Below, piece by piece: positions 35,301-48,991 of a DNA stretch of 64,000 nucleotides (position 1 is its first letter; every line of letters begins with the position of its first letter). Source of the stretch: Raillietiella orientalis (taxonomy: Eukaryota); NCBI GenBank assembly GCA_036172245.1, contig JAYWIR010000035.1, positions 558,001 through 622,000 of the forward strand, given 5' to 3'. Below the pieces are notes generated by a model. The model saw nothing but the letters and a program-made list of their open reading frames with translations. It did no database searches and had not been told where the DNA came from. A program made the translations under genes and the position numbers.

Positions 35301-37599
35301 TCCGCTCCCGCAGTCCCTCGTCCACCGCTGCACACTCAGCCGCCCTGCTTGCCGACCAGCGTGGGAATGGGAATCCGAAAAAACTGGAGGTATCCTCTCT
35401 CTCAGGGGAGGTCAGGGGGGGGTTTTGCCCACGCCGAAGAGCGTGGGCTCCGCTCAGCAGCAGCGCGTTCCGCCGCCGAGAATCGAGTCCGGAAGCAAGG
35501 CCCCGAACTCGTTTCCGAAGGTGGAGAGCCGATCTGCCCCCGGAGGAAGCGCTCCCAGGATGAGGGGACCTGAGATGACGTCCTTCGCCGCTGGATCCAG
35601 TCCGTCTTCCCGCCTTCGGTAGTGCGCCTGCGGGATCCAGGACTTAGGGGCTCCCGAAGGCCGGAAATGCTTCTCTCTCTTCCTTGCCCTCCGCAGGCAG
35701 GCACGTCGCGAAGACCTGTTGTCGTGAAATGTCCAGCGGGGAAGCAGCATCCAGACGCGAAGGAATGCCGCGTTCCCCTCCGCTCGCCGCCAACAACCGT
35801 TCCAGACCGCCCCCCACCTCCCCTCCCTTCTTCCAGCCGGTGACACCTCCGATTTTGCAAGGCGCTCCAGGACGCTTTCTAGCCGGCATCCGCATTCCTC
35901 TCCCAGCTGGGGGAGGGGGAGCGTCGCACGGCACGAGCGGGTGATCATTTCCCGACTCTGTTGCATTATTCTTCCCGAATGGTCCTCTCGCATGGAAGCT
36001 GCCATAACTCAGATCGGACGATGCTGCCCGCTGTATCTTTGCGGCGATCGGTTCCTCCTCTCTTCCAATTACTTAGAGGGAACCAGCGTTCGAGGAACGA
36101 GACAAACACCCGAAACGAAGATGGGAGCTCGCTGGCGGACATTTCTCTTCCGTAGCAAATCACCCAACAGCAATCACAGCTCCAAGGGCGAGCAGGAAAA
36201 AAAAGAAGTGGGGGCGGAGTGACGGCGAAGGAATCAGATGGAAATATTTTAATAAAGTCCCGCAGTTTCCCCGGCTTTGTTATCGCTGTTTCTCATCTCC
36301 TCGCCCGGCCGCGGTCCCGACGGCTTGTTATGACAGGCGCCCTTCCGCTCGGCGGCGAGACAGCCGCGGAATCCCGCCAACAGGAATCGTCTCCATAACT
36401 CTGGTAGGCTGTCGAACGAATCCTTTCGCCGCGCCGGGCTGCTCGCGATGCCCCGTGCGCGGGGGCGCGCGCGCGGACGCCTGGCCGAACAAGGAAACGG
36501 TAGTCCGCGCGCGCGGCCTCTGGCGGCGGGCGCACGGACTGCTCCTTGCCTTGCGGGCACGCACGCATACACGCGTGCTCCGCTGAAACAGGCTCACGCG
36601 CGCGCGCCCCCTCGGGAGGAGGGAAAGCAGATTCCCTTCCCCGCCTCTCCACCCCCACCCCCTCTGCCTCCTCGCGAGGGAGGAAGGCGAGAGAACCAGG
36701 CGGCTGAAAGGTAGTGGTGGTCGTGGAACCGAGCTCAGGGATCCTGGTTCCTGCGGGCGAGCAGGCGGGGCGAGGAGGAGGGAGGGGGTTCGCCTGCAGC
36801 TCCCGAGGATTTTTCCCCGCCTCCCGTTCCGGCGCGCCGAGAGCGCCGTCGGCGCGAAGACGGGCAGCATCCGAAGTCCTCCTGCTGCTGCATCTCAATC
36901 AGGGGAAGGTGAGCTAATGATGGATCGCGTTGCGCTCCTCGGCCACGCAGAGGTGACGACGCGTTGGAAGGTTCCGCGCATGGGAATTCCGCGCATCTCA
37001 CACAGTGGAGCGGGGATCCCCGCGATGCCGCGGGTGGTGTTTGAGGTCGAACTGCCTCGTCGAACGGGAGCTCCTGTCGCGGTCACGGAACCGAGGTCCG
37101 CGGACCGGCGCAGGATGCGCCGGATCGCAGGCACGGCGTGGCAAAGAGGCGTGGCGAGCGCGCGGGGTCGGGTCCCGTTTCCGCCCCGAGGCGGGCGGAC
37201 TCAACCGTGAGTGTTCCTTCGCACGGGAGTCTTGGCAACCTCCTCCATCCCGCTCCTAGCCTTTTTTTTGCGAAACGTATCTTTCCGCGCCAGGACCTGG
37301 CGCCTCCCCGCGAAACGAGCTGCAACCCTCGGCAGCACTGAGCGTTCTCGTCGCCGCGGCATTAGTGACTCAGCGGGCAGGCTGCGAGCAAGCGCCCTAC
37401 TCCCATCCCCCCTTCGGGGAGGGCTGTCTCGCGCGTAGCAGTCCTCTAGGCGCGGTGCCGTTTCCGGCGAGGCGAGCGGCCGCCACAAGGAATCAGAGGC
37501 GAAAGGTTCCTGGCCCATTCCGTGCCTGGGCGACGGAAAGATCGCGCGGAGCGAAATGCCCTCCCATGAATCTCAGCGCCCCTCGGCTCGCCCAGCAGA

Positions 37600-40500
37600 G
37601 GCTTTTCCCGGCGGCCGGGAAGAAATCCGAGGTCGCCGCATCACCGAGCTCGCATCTCGCATTCATGATGCTGCTTTCTGTAGCGGAAGGCATCAGCTTG
37701 AATGGAGTCGTGAGGCGAATAGAAAAGCTTGAAGAAGATGTCTTCTATAATTCATGGAGAGAGAAGATGACAGAGTTCGCCGCCGTCAGGAGATTGCGAT
37801 CCCGGCACGTGGGAGTGGGGGCGACGAGACTCTCCGAGGGGATGCTCCACATCTCTCTTCTGCACGTCGGGGTGGCGCCCCCGCATCCGCATCGCTCGCA
37901 AGAGGGATGCCCGGGATCTCGGACCCTCCTGACTTCTGCGTGCTCCGGGGGAAGGCAAGGGCAGCATCGCAGCCACAGCCGGCTCCCAGGAAAGCATGGA
38001 AACGGGGGCCGGCATGGACGAGGAAGAGGAATAAGGAGCATATCTCGCCCTTGTCCTCCGCCTACTCCAGACCACCGCCAGTAACGGATCGCCCCTCTCC
38101 CCTCTCCGTGACCATGCCATCTCTGCGCCCTCGGCTCATCCAACCCTCCAGCTGTCCAGCTGAGGGGGAAGGACAAAGTCGGGGACTTGGCGACTTCAGG
38201 GAGAGGCTCGTTGCTATCTGGGGAGGTACCGAACGCCCCACTCTCCGGCCCGCGAACGAGGAGATCCGACGCGCAACCATTTCTTCCTTGGAGAGCATGA
38301 GGGCCGGGGGGATGCTCGGCCCCATCCTCCCAGGGTGTCTCGCGACCAGCTCTAGGCACCGAAACAGGGACTCTTGTGGAGAGCGGTGCATAGGAGGCAG
38401 CCTGCCAGCTCTTGGAGCCCAGAGCTCCTTTCTCCGCCTTGCTCCCTCCAGGACTGCTGGTGACGCACCCTAGGAGAAGGAGATGCACCGGGCACGAAAG
38501 CCGGAGCTCCTCCTGTCGGCTGGAAGACCACCGGCTTTCCTCACTGATTTCGAGTCGCCCTTCCCGTTTGGCTCACTGGATCGCTTGTGCTCCTGGAGAT
38601 AGGGTAGAGTCCAGGTGCCTCTCCCTGCACAGAGATCGGGGGCTGCGTGAGAGCGACCTCCCCTGGACCACACCGTTCCCGCCGGGTGCGTCGCATGCGA
38701 GATTGGCGCACCGATCGGCAGCACCGACAAATCCCGGGCATTCTCCGGGGAGCACCAGGAAAACGCAGAGAGCGGAGCTCCCCTGACTCGGTACGCTTGC
38801 CTCGCAGGAGAAATCCGTGCTTCCCTCTCCGGAATGTGCAAGCTGGAGGCAAACATCCTCCTCAGATTGCGTTCTGACGATCGTTTTTAGATGCAACAAT
38901 TAGTTGGGTTTCTTGCTCGAAGCTCCAGAGCTCCTGCCCGCGACTGGAAGCCTGCGGACACTTTTTGTGTGCCGCTTGTATCTCGTATTGGCCTGCTAAT
39001 CGTCCCTGCCATGTCCTCGGACATGAATCCTCCTGAGGTCGCCACCCATGGGACGGTAGCTGGATTCTTCTTGCCATTACCACCCTCAGAGTCCTTCAGA
39101 AGAGATCCAGAACGGCTGAGTACAGAAGAGTTAACAGCTTGAAGCGTCTATCAGTGGAGAAGCTCAAGAATGGGACAATCTCTGAGAAGAGTCGGCACGC
39201 AAACGCTCCTTCGCCTCCTTGCATGGCGGGCACGCCGGGACCGAGTTGAATTCCCCGCAACTGCATCTCCCTCACCACCGTGTATTTGGGAAGATGAAAG
39301 AACGCCACCGCTGTCTCAGCCACCTTCCCGTAAGCGCACGAACCTTGCTCCTCGAACGTCACGTTCTTCTTCGGCGTTCCCGTCAGCTCTCGCCAGCGGC
39401 ATGTGAGCCCTCGCTGTCCCAGTGGACCCGGTAAGGGAAAAAAGACCATCACGCCCTGTGGCGTTGCTGGTATTCATCGGGCCAATGCAGGAGAGAGTAG
39501 CCAGAGAACAGGGTGAGGGACAAGTACCTAGAAGCTTTTTAATAACGCTGTTGCTTTCAGATGCTCGACTCCTTAGGCTTTTTAGCATCTTTGCCCATTG
39601 TTGGCACTTCGATTGGTGCTGCCCGGCACGCAGCCAACCTCAGGAAAACTCTCTCTCCCTCAGGCGCTCTGCTGCCACCGCCTTCGCGTTCTTCTGTCCA
39701 ATAGACCGGCCTCTTGGATCGTGTTCGAAGCTTTGAGAAAGTGCAGCCACTGTGGAAAGGGATCTTCCTCCGCCCGCGTCTTGCCATCGCTGCATCTTGG
39801 CATTTGGCACCAGTGCCATCTGGGTGTCCAAACTCGGAGGTTCAGCCGGAGAGCGCCTCTGAGCAACCAACAGCCCTCCCTGTCCTCCACGAACGGAGAA
39901 GAAAGGAAGATGCAATGCGACCGCACTCGCAGCTACCACGCTTGACCGGACCTTGAAGATCCGCCCTTGCAGCGAACCATTCTGAGTACGGTAGCGGCGC
40001 TACGGACGCCCCTTCCTAGAAGCCGGGATCCCACCTGCCTTGTGTGGGGGAGGGAGGCAGACTCGGAACGAGTCCCTAGACCGCATGGTTTCGCATCTCA
40101 GAACTTTTTTTTTCTTCCCCGGCATCGCGCGACGCTGTGAGCTGCCAGGATCCTCCAGGAAGTCCTCTCTCCAGGATGAAACCCAAGGCGTGCCAGTTCG
40201 GATCAACGCCCCAAGTTCCGCGGAGGTCCGCGCATGCACCGATGAGCTCCTGAAACTACCTTCTTTGCCTCTTTCCCTCTGTCCGTTTTTGTCGCCTCTT
40301 CAGCTTCTGAGACTCGCGAACGATCAGGGCAAGGATCGGCAAGGCTCCTCCTCCCGGTAAGCACATCGGCGAATCTGCATCTCGCGGTAAATGTCTTTTG
40401 CCCACGATCCTGCGTTCCCCACTCCCGGAGTCCAACGGTAGGTCTTCCGCCGCGCCGCGGGATCCAGCCGACCTACCTCCCCGTCACTGAACCCGAGCTG

Positions 40501-40900
40501 CTGGAACCAGGCAAGCATTCCGGTGCCTCTGGATGAGCTCCGCGCAAAGTCACGGGGGGCTGCACCTCTGGAAGCCGCGCGAAGTGAAGGTAGAAGAGGA
40601 AAAGGAGAAGCGCCGCTCTTCAAGAGCATCCGGCTCGAGCTACCAGACGAGACCGCGTTGCGGAGACCCGCGAGAGGCCCTCCCCTTCCATGGAACGTGC
40701 CTCCCCTGGGCCGTGACTCCTCCAGGCTGGCCGATTGGGGAGGATTCGCCGAATCCCAGCCACACCACTGCCTCTCGCCGCGGAGGGCAGCAGCGATGCA
40801 CCGTCCCGCGCGTCAGGATGGTGTCGGAGCCTCAAGACGCAACGGATGACCCGAGTCGACGGCAGGCGCCGATGAGGGTGGCACAGAAACCACCCCGTGC
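37600..40900 (-). mobile_element. L1/Tx1-clade ORF2 relic (linker, RT, C-terminus)
   Basis: Decayed motifs in the expected order across frameshifts: DGKTRAEEDPFP (~GKSPGPDG), CRAAPIEVPTMGKD, CIGPMNTSNATGR, EEQGSCAYGKV (~DQEKAFDRV), LLTLLYSAVLDL (~LSPLLY), FMSEDM (~YADD), QGRSLSRSPR, PSCERCG. Confidence 0.6.
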
Positions 40901-41999
40901 AACGCCGGGTGATTGCGGTTTTCTTGATCCGGTCCTATCGGCCGCTCGGGGTCCAGGATTCCCGAGAGAATGGATGGAGGAAGGGGGGCGAAGAGGTAGA
41001 GAGAAAATCCCTCCCTCTGTTTCCCCTGCGCTCCGCAGGAAGGAAGAAAGGGGAAAGAGGGAAAGGTCTAGGGGGAAGGGATTATCGCCTCCTGCTTCTC
41101 TTCTCCGGGCACTCCTGCAGTAATCGTGAGGGAAAAACAGGGGAGCGCGCGCGCCGCCAGCGCTCTGAGGGAGCCTTTCCCCCGCGCCTTGGTATCCCGA
41201 TCACGGAGGCGAGCCCATAAGCGGCATCGCCCGTATCGAGCCGGGACGGAGGAGGAGATGATTTATCGCAAAGGTTGCCGGCGGAGCGGAGCGCCGAAGA
41301 AAGCGAACGACCTCCGTCCGAAGCCCCGAAGAACTGCCCGCGCTTTATTATTCCATAAATTTTCATGCGCGGATCGCTTAAAATTCATTGTTTGCCTAAT
41401 GCGGACGGGTCTGGAAGGGTTGCGCGCTTTCCCCTTGCGGCCCGCGTTTCGCCGGCGCGCGCGGAGGCAGGCCGCGCACGGGATGCCCGGCCCGGCCTGA
41501 CGGCGGTGGGGGAGGAGGAGGAGACGGTACGCCCTACCGACTGTCGGCTTCTTCCGAGGGAGGGGAGGCGCAAGGGGAGGCCCTTCCCTCCCCATCTCTC
41601 GCAGCAGCCCTCCTCCTCCCCCTCCCCACGTCGTCTGACTACAGGAAGGACCTCTTGGGTCGGCGTTCTCTGCGTCCAACTCTACTCCCCCTTCCGAACT
41701 TCCAGAACTCCTGCTGCCCGCTGTGTTCCTCCTCTTCTCCTCTTTCTTCCCTTTCCAGAGCCCCTCATCCCGGGAAGAGGGACGCTGCGGAAGGGGACCC
41801 CGCTAGAAGCCCCGGTGCGCTCGTCCAGACCCGTGCGGCTGCTGCTCCGAAGAGATGGAAGAACAAAGGAAAGGCTTGGCTTGCGAAATACCGAATGACG
41901 CTGAATTTCTGTCAATCTTTCCTATTCTCCCCCCCCCCCCATACCTTCCCCTCTTCCCTTACATTTCTTTCTTCTTTGGAAAGAGCGGCGACTCGAAAT

Positions 42000-44900
42000 A
42001 CTGCGTTCCCTGCCGCCTCCCTTGCGATCTGCAACGATCCGAAGCCAACAGCACGAAGACATGCAGAGCCGGAAACTCACAAGCGCGTCTTGGTCCACCG
42101 TAGGTCTCGAGAGACCTCCAGGAAGAGAGATGCCGAAAAGAAGAAAGATAATGGCTGCTCCCTATCTTAGAAGCTTTCTCTTTACAGAGGAGCGCTACTG
42201 CCCACGCTAACCGGAACAACAGGCGGCAGACAAGGGAAACATAAACAAAGAACATCTCTACTGCCGTTTCCAGGGCAACGCCATTCCTAGAAAGACAGGA
42301 AAACACTTGGAAGAAGACCTGTCCAGGCCACACTGTCCAGCATGGAACCTCGCACCATGAGACAGCGCCAATGTGTGCTTTTCGGCACTAGGAAAGACAG
42401 ATTACCGTCCCGCTTGTGACCAGCTTCGCTTGACAGAAAAAGAATCCCGGAGGCCTTTGGGGAAGCAGAGACATTGCCGAATGCTCCGTCGCTTGCAGCA
42501 TCTCGCCCCTGAGTCCTCCCGGATGAAGGAGTTCGCAGCGTGCATGCCTTCTCCCTAGCTTCTTGAACCTCCGCTCACCAAACCCCAGACTCTTAGAACT
42601 TGTGAAACAACAAACAAGGTAGCACCCAGTGGTAAAATGGTTGCGTGACCTAGTGTCGCCGGTCTGTCCATCGGCGGACCATGATCACTGCAGTGCCAGC
42701 TGCGATGAGATGAGTCCATCGTTGCTTCCATGCCCTCTTCGAGAGGAGAAGTCCTTTCCACGGAACCTCCTCCCTTGCCGTGTGATCTTGAATCGCCGCT
42801 CACCTAGGGGTACCGCCGACTCTTCCGGCAAGGATCCCACCTCTCTCCCCAGAGACAGGAGCGATCCGGCACCATTCCCGAGGTCGCCGTTCGTTACGGG
42901 TTCCCGAAACGCCTTGTATTCTCAGAGGCGTCAGCGAGCTCGTGACTTCCACCCACAGGACATGCTGCTCCCAACCTTATTCCATGTCTTACACACAGGT
43001 GCAACCCTGGATTATCCGAGGCGGGTTTCATCAAAGGTTTCCCTGGAAACGGCGTCTCATTCGAGCGGAAGCCGCGTCTCGGGACTAACACTGTAAATCT
43101 TCCCTGATGGGACCGATGGAGGAGCACTCTATTGCTGCAGCATCTCCGAGCAGGTATGGAAATGGCGAGCATGGGACCCGACTGCAGATGGGGCTGCACA
43201 AAAGCGCACAGGAGCGACTTCCCTTCGCCCGCCCCATGAAACCTGCACTCAGGACTCTTCGGACGAAGGAGTTCCTTCCCTCAAATGGCCCGAAACGCGG
43301 CCAGCAGTTCTGAAGGAGAGAATACAGGAAGGGATTCTGTTCATTCTTCCAGAATTCAAGAAAGTTTACACCGAAAGAGCGATGGGAGGCGGTAAGGCGC
43401 CTCTTGCGACCCTGATGCCGAGGGCATTTTAGCGATGTTGTCCCTCGCCAGAGGTATTCGTGCTGCGACGAGAATTCTTCAGATCTCTCCATGTACCGAT
43501 TTTTCAGCGTCTCTCCTGAGTTCCTCCTGTCCTCTGCGGCCGAAATTGGGTGCTATCCCTCCCCGCGATCAAACTTTCATGAGTAGTCAGCAGAGGAGGA
43601 GGAAGGTAATCCTCCCGACGACCTTCCCCGGATAGAGAGCATTGCATCGCCGAAGTCAGAACGATCGAGAACGAGCGTGACCAGCAGGGAGGCGCGTCCT
43701 CGCATGCCGAGGATTCTCAATCTGCTGCGGAAGGCCGTGAAGCCAAAAAAGAAAAAAAGAAAATCGATCGCTCATCCCATCTTGTCCCGATTTTCGGCAC
43801 GGGGGCGTGGTCCTTTCGCTCACTGTGCGCCAGCGGCGTCGTGGCAGAGTCCGACGGATCCCTTGTCCTTCTTGCCCGAGTTCCTCACTCAGTCCTCCGA
43901 AAGCTTCTCTCCAGATTTAAGAGCGCATTCTGCTTTCCCTAGTCCGTCCGAGGCCGCACAGAGTTCTGCCGTTCTTTCTTGGATCTGTTCTCTGGGGCTG
44001 AGGTGGGGGAGGGGCTCCTCGGACAACATTTCTGCGATCCGGAAAGCCGAAGGCCTCGCGATCCTTCTGGATCCTCATCGAGCCTCTTGAGGGTTTCGTA
44101 TGAGAGTTTCCAGGTCCTCCGTGGATGCCAGAGTTCCGTCGTTTGGTCCCGATTAGAAATCTCCAGCTGATTCGGGACCACTTTTGGAAGGGACCGTCCC
44201 CGCGAGATAGACGCCGGAACCGTCCGAGACGATGTCCAGGGTGGGGCGGCCTCGAGAGGCGGGAACAGGTTCCAGCGGGCTTGGCTCAGAGTGGCTCTGG
44301 CATCGAAGCCCCTACATCGGTTCTTGAGGTGCCAAAGCCCTCTCAGACCTCTCAGTCGGCACGAGGGCGAGAAGTCATCTCTGGCCAGCGTGGGAGTATC
44401 CTTGGCCTGCCTCGCTCCTCAGGAAGGAACGCTCTGTGGAAAGGGGACGTTCCCCCCCACAGCCTGACGGAGGCGCTCGGGTCTCCACATTTCATGGAAC
44501 CATTTCTTGCCAAGACGTCAAGGGCCGCGGCGGGAAAAGTCTTGTTCTGCACGCAGCTGATTCCCGGGGTGGAGCGGGGGCGATTCCGAACTCTACGAAG
44601 TGCTCACGCGAGCAGGGTCTTTGACAGGGAAAGAGTGACGGGCTGAAAGGGAAGGGCACAAAGCAGGGGGTGGATACGGCGGCTGCGAGGAGCCCCGCGG
44701 ATTCTCGAAGAGCGGGCCTCCCCCCTCCCCACTCCTTTGTCGGAAAGGCGCGCACGCTTGAGATACATGCCGGCGGGTGGACCACGCGGAGCGATCTGAC
44801 TCTTATGACACGCCTCAAATCCCTTCTGCTCTTCTGGACGTGCGAGGGGACTCGTTCTGATGTCCTGGAAGTCGAGAACGCAGGGCAGATGGTTTTCTTG

Positions 44901-45500
44901 CAGCCTGCCATGGAAGCGCGAACCTCCTCGTCGTCGGATGTTCCCTGATGTATGCTCTGACTTCTCTGGTTGAGAGCCGTGGGGTGAGGTTCTTGGAAGC
45001 CTCCGAAGAGGAAGGGTGAGGTCGTCGCACAGAAACGCGGAGTGGAAAAGCAGAGTGGACGCAAGAAAGGAGCGCCAATCTGGAAACTCAAACCCAGAGG
45101 TGGCTGCCAATGTCGACGGCCGTCTGAAGAACAAGCAGCGTCCTTGTCCATAACAACGGCAGACCCGGAGCTTTCACCTGATCCGCAGTTGCGTGTGACA
45201 GACCTTCTCTCCGCCTCACTCCCCATTCGTTGTGCTTGACCTGTGTCGTCCCCGTTCCTCCTGTAACGCGAGAACTTTCATCTCCCTTTTTTTTTTCTTC
45301 CCACGCAGCATCCACTGGATACCTCGGGAAGCACCCTGAGGGGGGACTGTCACGACTTTGCTAAGGTGCCTCTGCAATCCAAGAATGCAGTAGAGAACGA
45401 ACCGCGAACCTCTTCTCCTGGCAGCAACACCTAGATGAGACCTACGTGAGCTGGACGCCAGAGGTCCTGGAGAGCCATCGAGCCGCACATGGCCGGCCTC
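42000..45500 (-). mobile_element. L1/Tx1-clade ORF2 relic (APE endonuclease to post-RT)
   Basis: EHPTTRRFALPW...RSRL (~HP..R.FTW...SRLD) at ~44850-44960, SKSGPESAGDF at ~44170, LRLSGSQK, and SFGVNF...FMGRAK at ~43230-43380. Confidence 0.55.
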
Positions 45501-47849
45501 GCGGGCCTCCAGGTTTCACAGATTCCGTCGTGGACGAGGGACGGACCCATCATTCGCCTCGCGCCAAGGCGTAGGGTGCCTCGGCGTTGCGGCTTTGATC
45601 AGGAGGGGCTTTCAAAGGCCGAGAGATAGCACAAACCCCGCGCGAAAAGGGTAGCCGACGTGCAGGTCTCCTGGTCACTCAAGCGCGTGACCGAGGGCGA
45701 GACGCCCCGATTCCAGCATCACCAGCTTCGCACCCCGCCCGCGACCGCGGAGGCGCTTTCGGGGGTGCTTCGCCAAAAGCTGGACAGGCGGGAAAAAGTC
45801 TCGGTGCTCTTTCTCCGCCACTGCCGCCGCCGCCTGCGCCAAGGTCTCCGAATACTGGAGAGGAATTTTCATCACTCCGCGCCCAACATGCAGCCTTGAT
45901 TGAAGGGGGAGGCAGGGAGGCGCTGCGGAGTGCTCTCCCGTATCCTTTCGTTTTAAATGTGACTGCTTCATCCTCCCGGAAGATTTTTCCTAATCCCATT
46001 TCGGATTGTCCTTTCGCCCGAATCAAAGTATTACCAAGGGGATTCCGTTCCCTGCTTGATATATTATCTATATCTTCGAGATGAGATATCAGGAACTCTC
46101 CCGCTTGAAATGGAGTGGCGAGGACTTTCGGAGGTCAGGATGCGTCGGGATGCCTCCGAGAAGCGACTCTTCTTCCCGGGGGCGTCCGCGGTATTTCTCA
46201 ACGGAACCGGCGGTGAGCGGAGGTGGCGGATTGTTTCGGTCCGTTCGCGGGTATGGGAGTCTCCTTACCAGAGGTGAGGATGCGGAGGGAGGAGGTATTC
46301 CCTCGCCATCGTCCTCTCCTGAAAATCGTGTTCTCCCGCGACGGATTCACCCCGATCGACGCGCGTGGATCCGTGAGAAATCTCTTTCGGGGGAAAGAGC
46401 ACGCCATCCCGCTGTCCCGAACATCGGTTGCTTCGTCCGACCGCGGGATTGCGGCTTTTTGCCGCCCGCCGCCCCGAAGCCAGGGCGTCCGCTCGCCCCC
46501 GAGCGCGATTGATGCGGGTTTGTCATCAGCGGGAACGAAGGAGACGAATCTTCTCATCGGACTTCATTTGCTTAATTGGACTCTCCTAGGAGACGCGTCC
46601 GTCAGGCACTTTGAGCGCTCGGTGCGCGCTCAGAAGCCCCATTGGAAAAAAAAAAAAAACACGCCAGGAGGCCCCCCGAGAACCGGGATCCCGGTCAGGA
46701 ATCGGGCGTAACCAAGGATCTCCAGCCCCCCTTTCTCCAGGATGAAGCCCACGGGAAGGAGTGCGCGGGCCTCGCAGGCGACTTCCGGGTTCAGAGGAAA
46801 GGCTGCGAAGCATAGCAACGATGCTCCCCTCGGAGAGAGAGATCGGGAAATTCTCCTTCGGCGTTCAGCGAGAACTTTCTCGAGCGTTATCCATTGCCCG
46901 TTCCCATGCTGCCATCATCGGGAGACGTGCTAGGGAAAAAAACAAAATGCCGGGGCGCGCGCGCTTCCCGGCGGGAAAAGGAAGCGCCTCGGGTCCGAGA
47001 ACCGCGACCGGCGGAAAGGGATATCGGGAAGGAAGGACCGAGAATGAAATCCCGCTATAGGACAGCAAAAGGAAGAAACCCTGGCAGCGAGTTGCCGCGC
47101 CTCGCAGCAAGGCGGGTCGCTTCGCGCTGGCGCTCTCGGATAACAAGGCAACAGCAACCGCGGCGCGGTTCCGCGGGCGGAGGGAAACGGCAGAGGCGCT
47201 TAGAGACGGCTTGTTGCGAGCGTGAACGATTGGATGGAGACGTTACCTCCATGTTGTGCAAAAGAGGAGAGAGTGAGAGAGAGGAAGGCAGGGGGGGAAG
47301 AAAAGAAAAGAAAGTAGCGGTCTCGTGCGCGCTCGCGCTCCTGTATCTCAGGATGCGGCAGAGGAAGCGCGCGGCGCGCTCCATGGTTTCCGTGAACCCG
47401 GAGACCTGCGAGGGATTTTTTTTCTGCTTGATGGAGCGCGGGACGTTCTGCTCTCCGTGCTCTCGCAGGCGGGCAGCGCCGTGTATCCTGAAGCATCTCT
47501 GGATGACGCGGGCAAGGAGAAAAACGACCGCCATCCGCTACGACTCTTAGAGTTCCCTCGATCGTTCCGCCCCCCCTTCCACACGAAGATCGCTCCTCCT
47601 CCCTCCATGCAACCGTTGCAGGGGAGATTTTTCTGGAGGGAAATCTGGCACGATGTGGAAATTCCGCATGCATCCGAAATGGGGACGCCTTGGGGAACTG
47701 ACGGACCTGCCTCGTTCGGTTCTGTGGACCACCTTCTTTAGTGGACCTCGAACGAACGAAGACTGCAGGGAGAGGAAAGAAAGGGCGGAAAGAAAAAGAA
47801 GCAGCACAATTAATAAAGGGAACGGACGGGAGGCATTGGGTTGAGCACC

Positions 47850-48500
47850 AGCAGCAGCTCAGAGATGGAACTTTGGTCCCGCAATCGAGGCGAAGGAGAC
47901 CGAACGGGCCGATGACCGCGTCCGTCCCGAAACTCTCATCCTCTGTCTCTAATGGAATCTGCGCGTCCATCGGGGAACTTCGCTTCTCCAGAACAATCCG
48001 TTTGCTCTTCATTCAGGATGGCAGCTTCTAAGGAACAAAGAACGCTCGGGATGTCGACTTCACTCAGAGGTGCCCGAGGTCTTCCGTAGAAGCGGTCCTC
48101 GCTGATCGGAGAGCCAACTGTTGGTCATCGGCGTGATGACCTGCAGTTTTGATAAGTGGCAGACTGTCCGGAAAAGGAGGCGGGTTTCGAAAAAGAGAGG
48201 TTTTGCGACCTTCCCTATCGAGGAGGTCCTTTCCGTACCAGCGTCTGAGCGGGAGATCATGACGGATGAGCTTGGATCAATGTCTCCGGTTGGTCGTCCG
48301 TCGGGAGTCATCCTTCGCAGCGTGCAGAAGAACACTCACCTTCTGCATCGCATACATAGGCTCCTTGGTATCTACTTCTTCCGAAGGTGCCATCTTTTTC
48401 GTCGCTGGGCGCTCGAGACGAATTTCCAGCAAACCGAGAGCTGATGTTTTTAAAGAGACCCCTACCGAGTCCGCGCTAAGCGAAAAGCTTACTTCAGAGC
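47850..48500 (-). mobile_element. L1/Tx1-clade fragment (endonuclease-RT linker)
   Basis: VMISRSDAGTERTSSIGKVAKPLFFETR resembles the GA.IRSR...GEK..KYFF.LEK linker. Confidence 0.45.
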
Positions 48501-48793
48501 GAAAAAATCATCTTCCCTCTTTGTCAGTGCTTTCGTAGGGGAAGGGGGAGAGGAGGGAATCCGCGTCGATGTGTTCCCATTACTTATTTATCTACTCACC
48601 TCCTGCATTCCACACGCGAAATGTTTTTTTCGTCCACTGACAGCGATGTAATCGTCTCCACTTGCATTGGTCACACGTCTTCATCTCTCTCGAGATGAGG
48701 GAAGGAGGTAAAGGATACCATTTCCATCCCTTCCCCTATCCCGATTCTCCCCCCTTTCGCCCAATTTTGAAGTTTTCCTACTCTTTCAGAGCC

Positions 48794-48991
48794 GCCTGCG
48801 CTGGCGGCCGGTGTGGCTACACGGTCTCCGAGCGTGGCACCAAGAGTTGTGGGTTCCAACCCCACCCGGGGAAGGATGGACTCCGAGAAGCAAGTACGTC
48901 GTGGATTTCGAGTGTTCCCCCGTAGGATGACGCTGGCTAGCCTACAAAACTCCGGATGTGACACTGGTTAACACCCGGTCACGCTGATGCG
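48794..48991 (+). mobile_element. tRNA(His)-like SINE, copy 2
   Basis: Colinear with 10627-10815 (GCCTGCGYTGGCGGCCG, GGTCTCCG, CGTGGCRCCAAG, GGGTTC, CCGGGGAAGGAT, CCGAGAAG, TTTCGAGT, CACTGGTT). Followed directly by TTTATTTAT and a minus-strand LINE 3' end. Confidence 0.75.

Noticed and set aside
38900..39600. LINE ORF1/gag reading of this segment
   Set aside because: Motif order fits RT domains contiguous with the 37.6-40.9 kb ORF2 relic.
45188..45202. Partial match to miR-210 (TGCGTGTGACAG)
   Set aside because: Only 12 nt, inside a LINE endonuclease relic, with no precursor hairpin seen.
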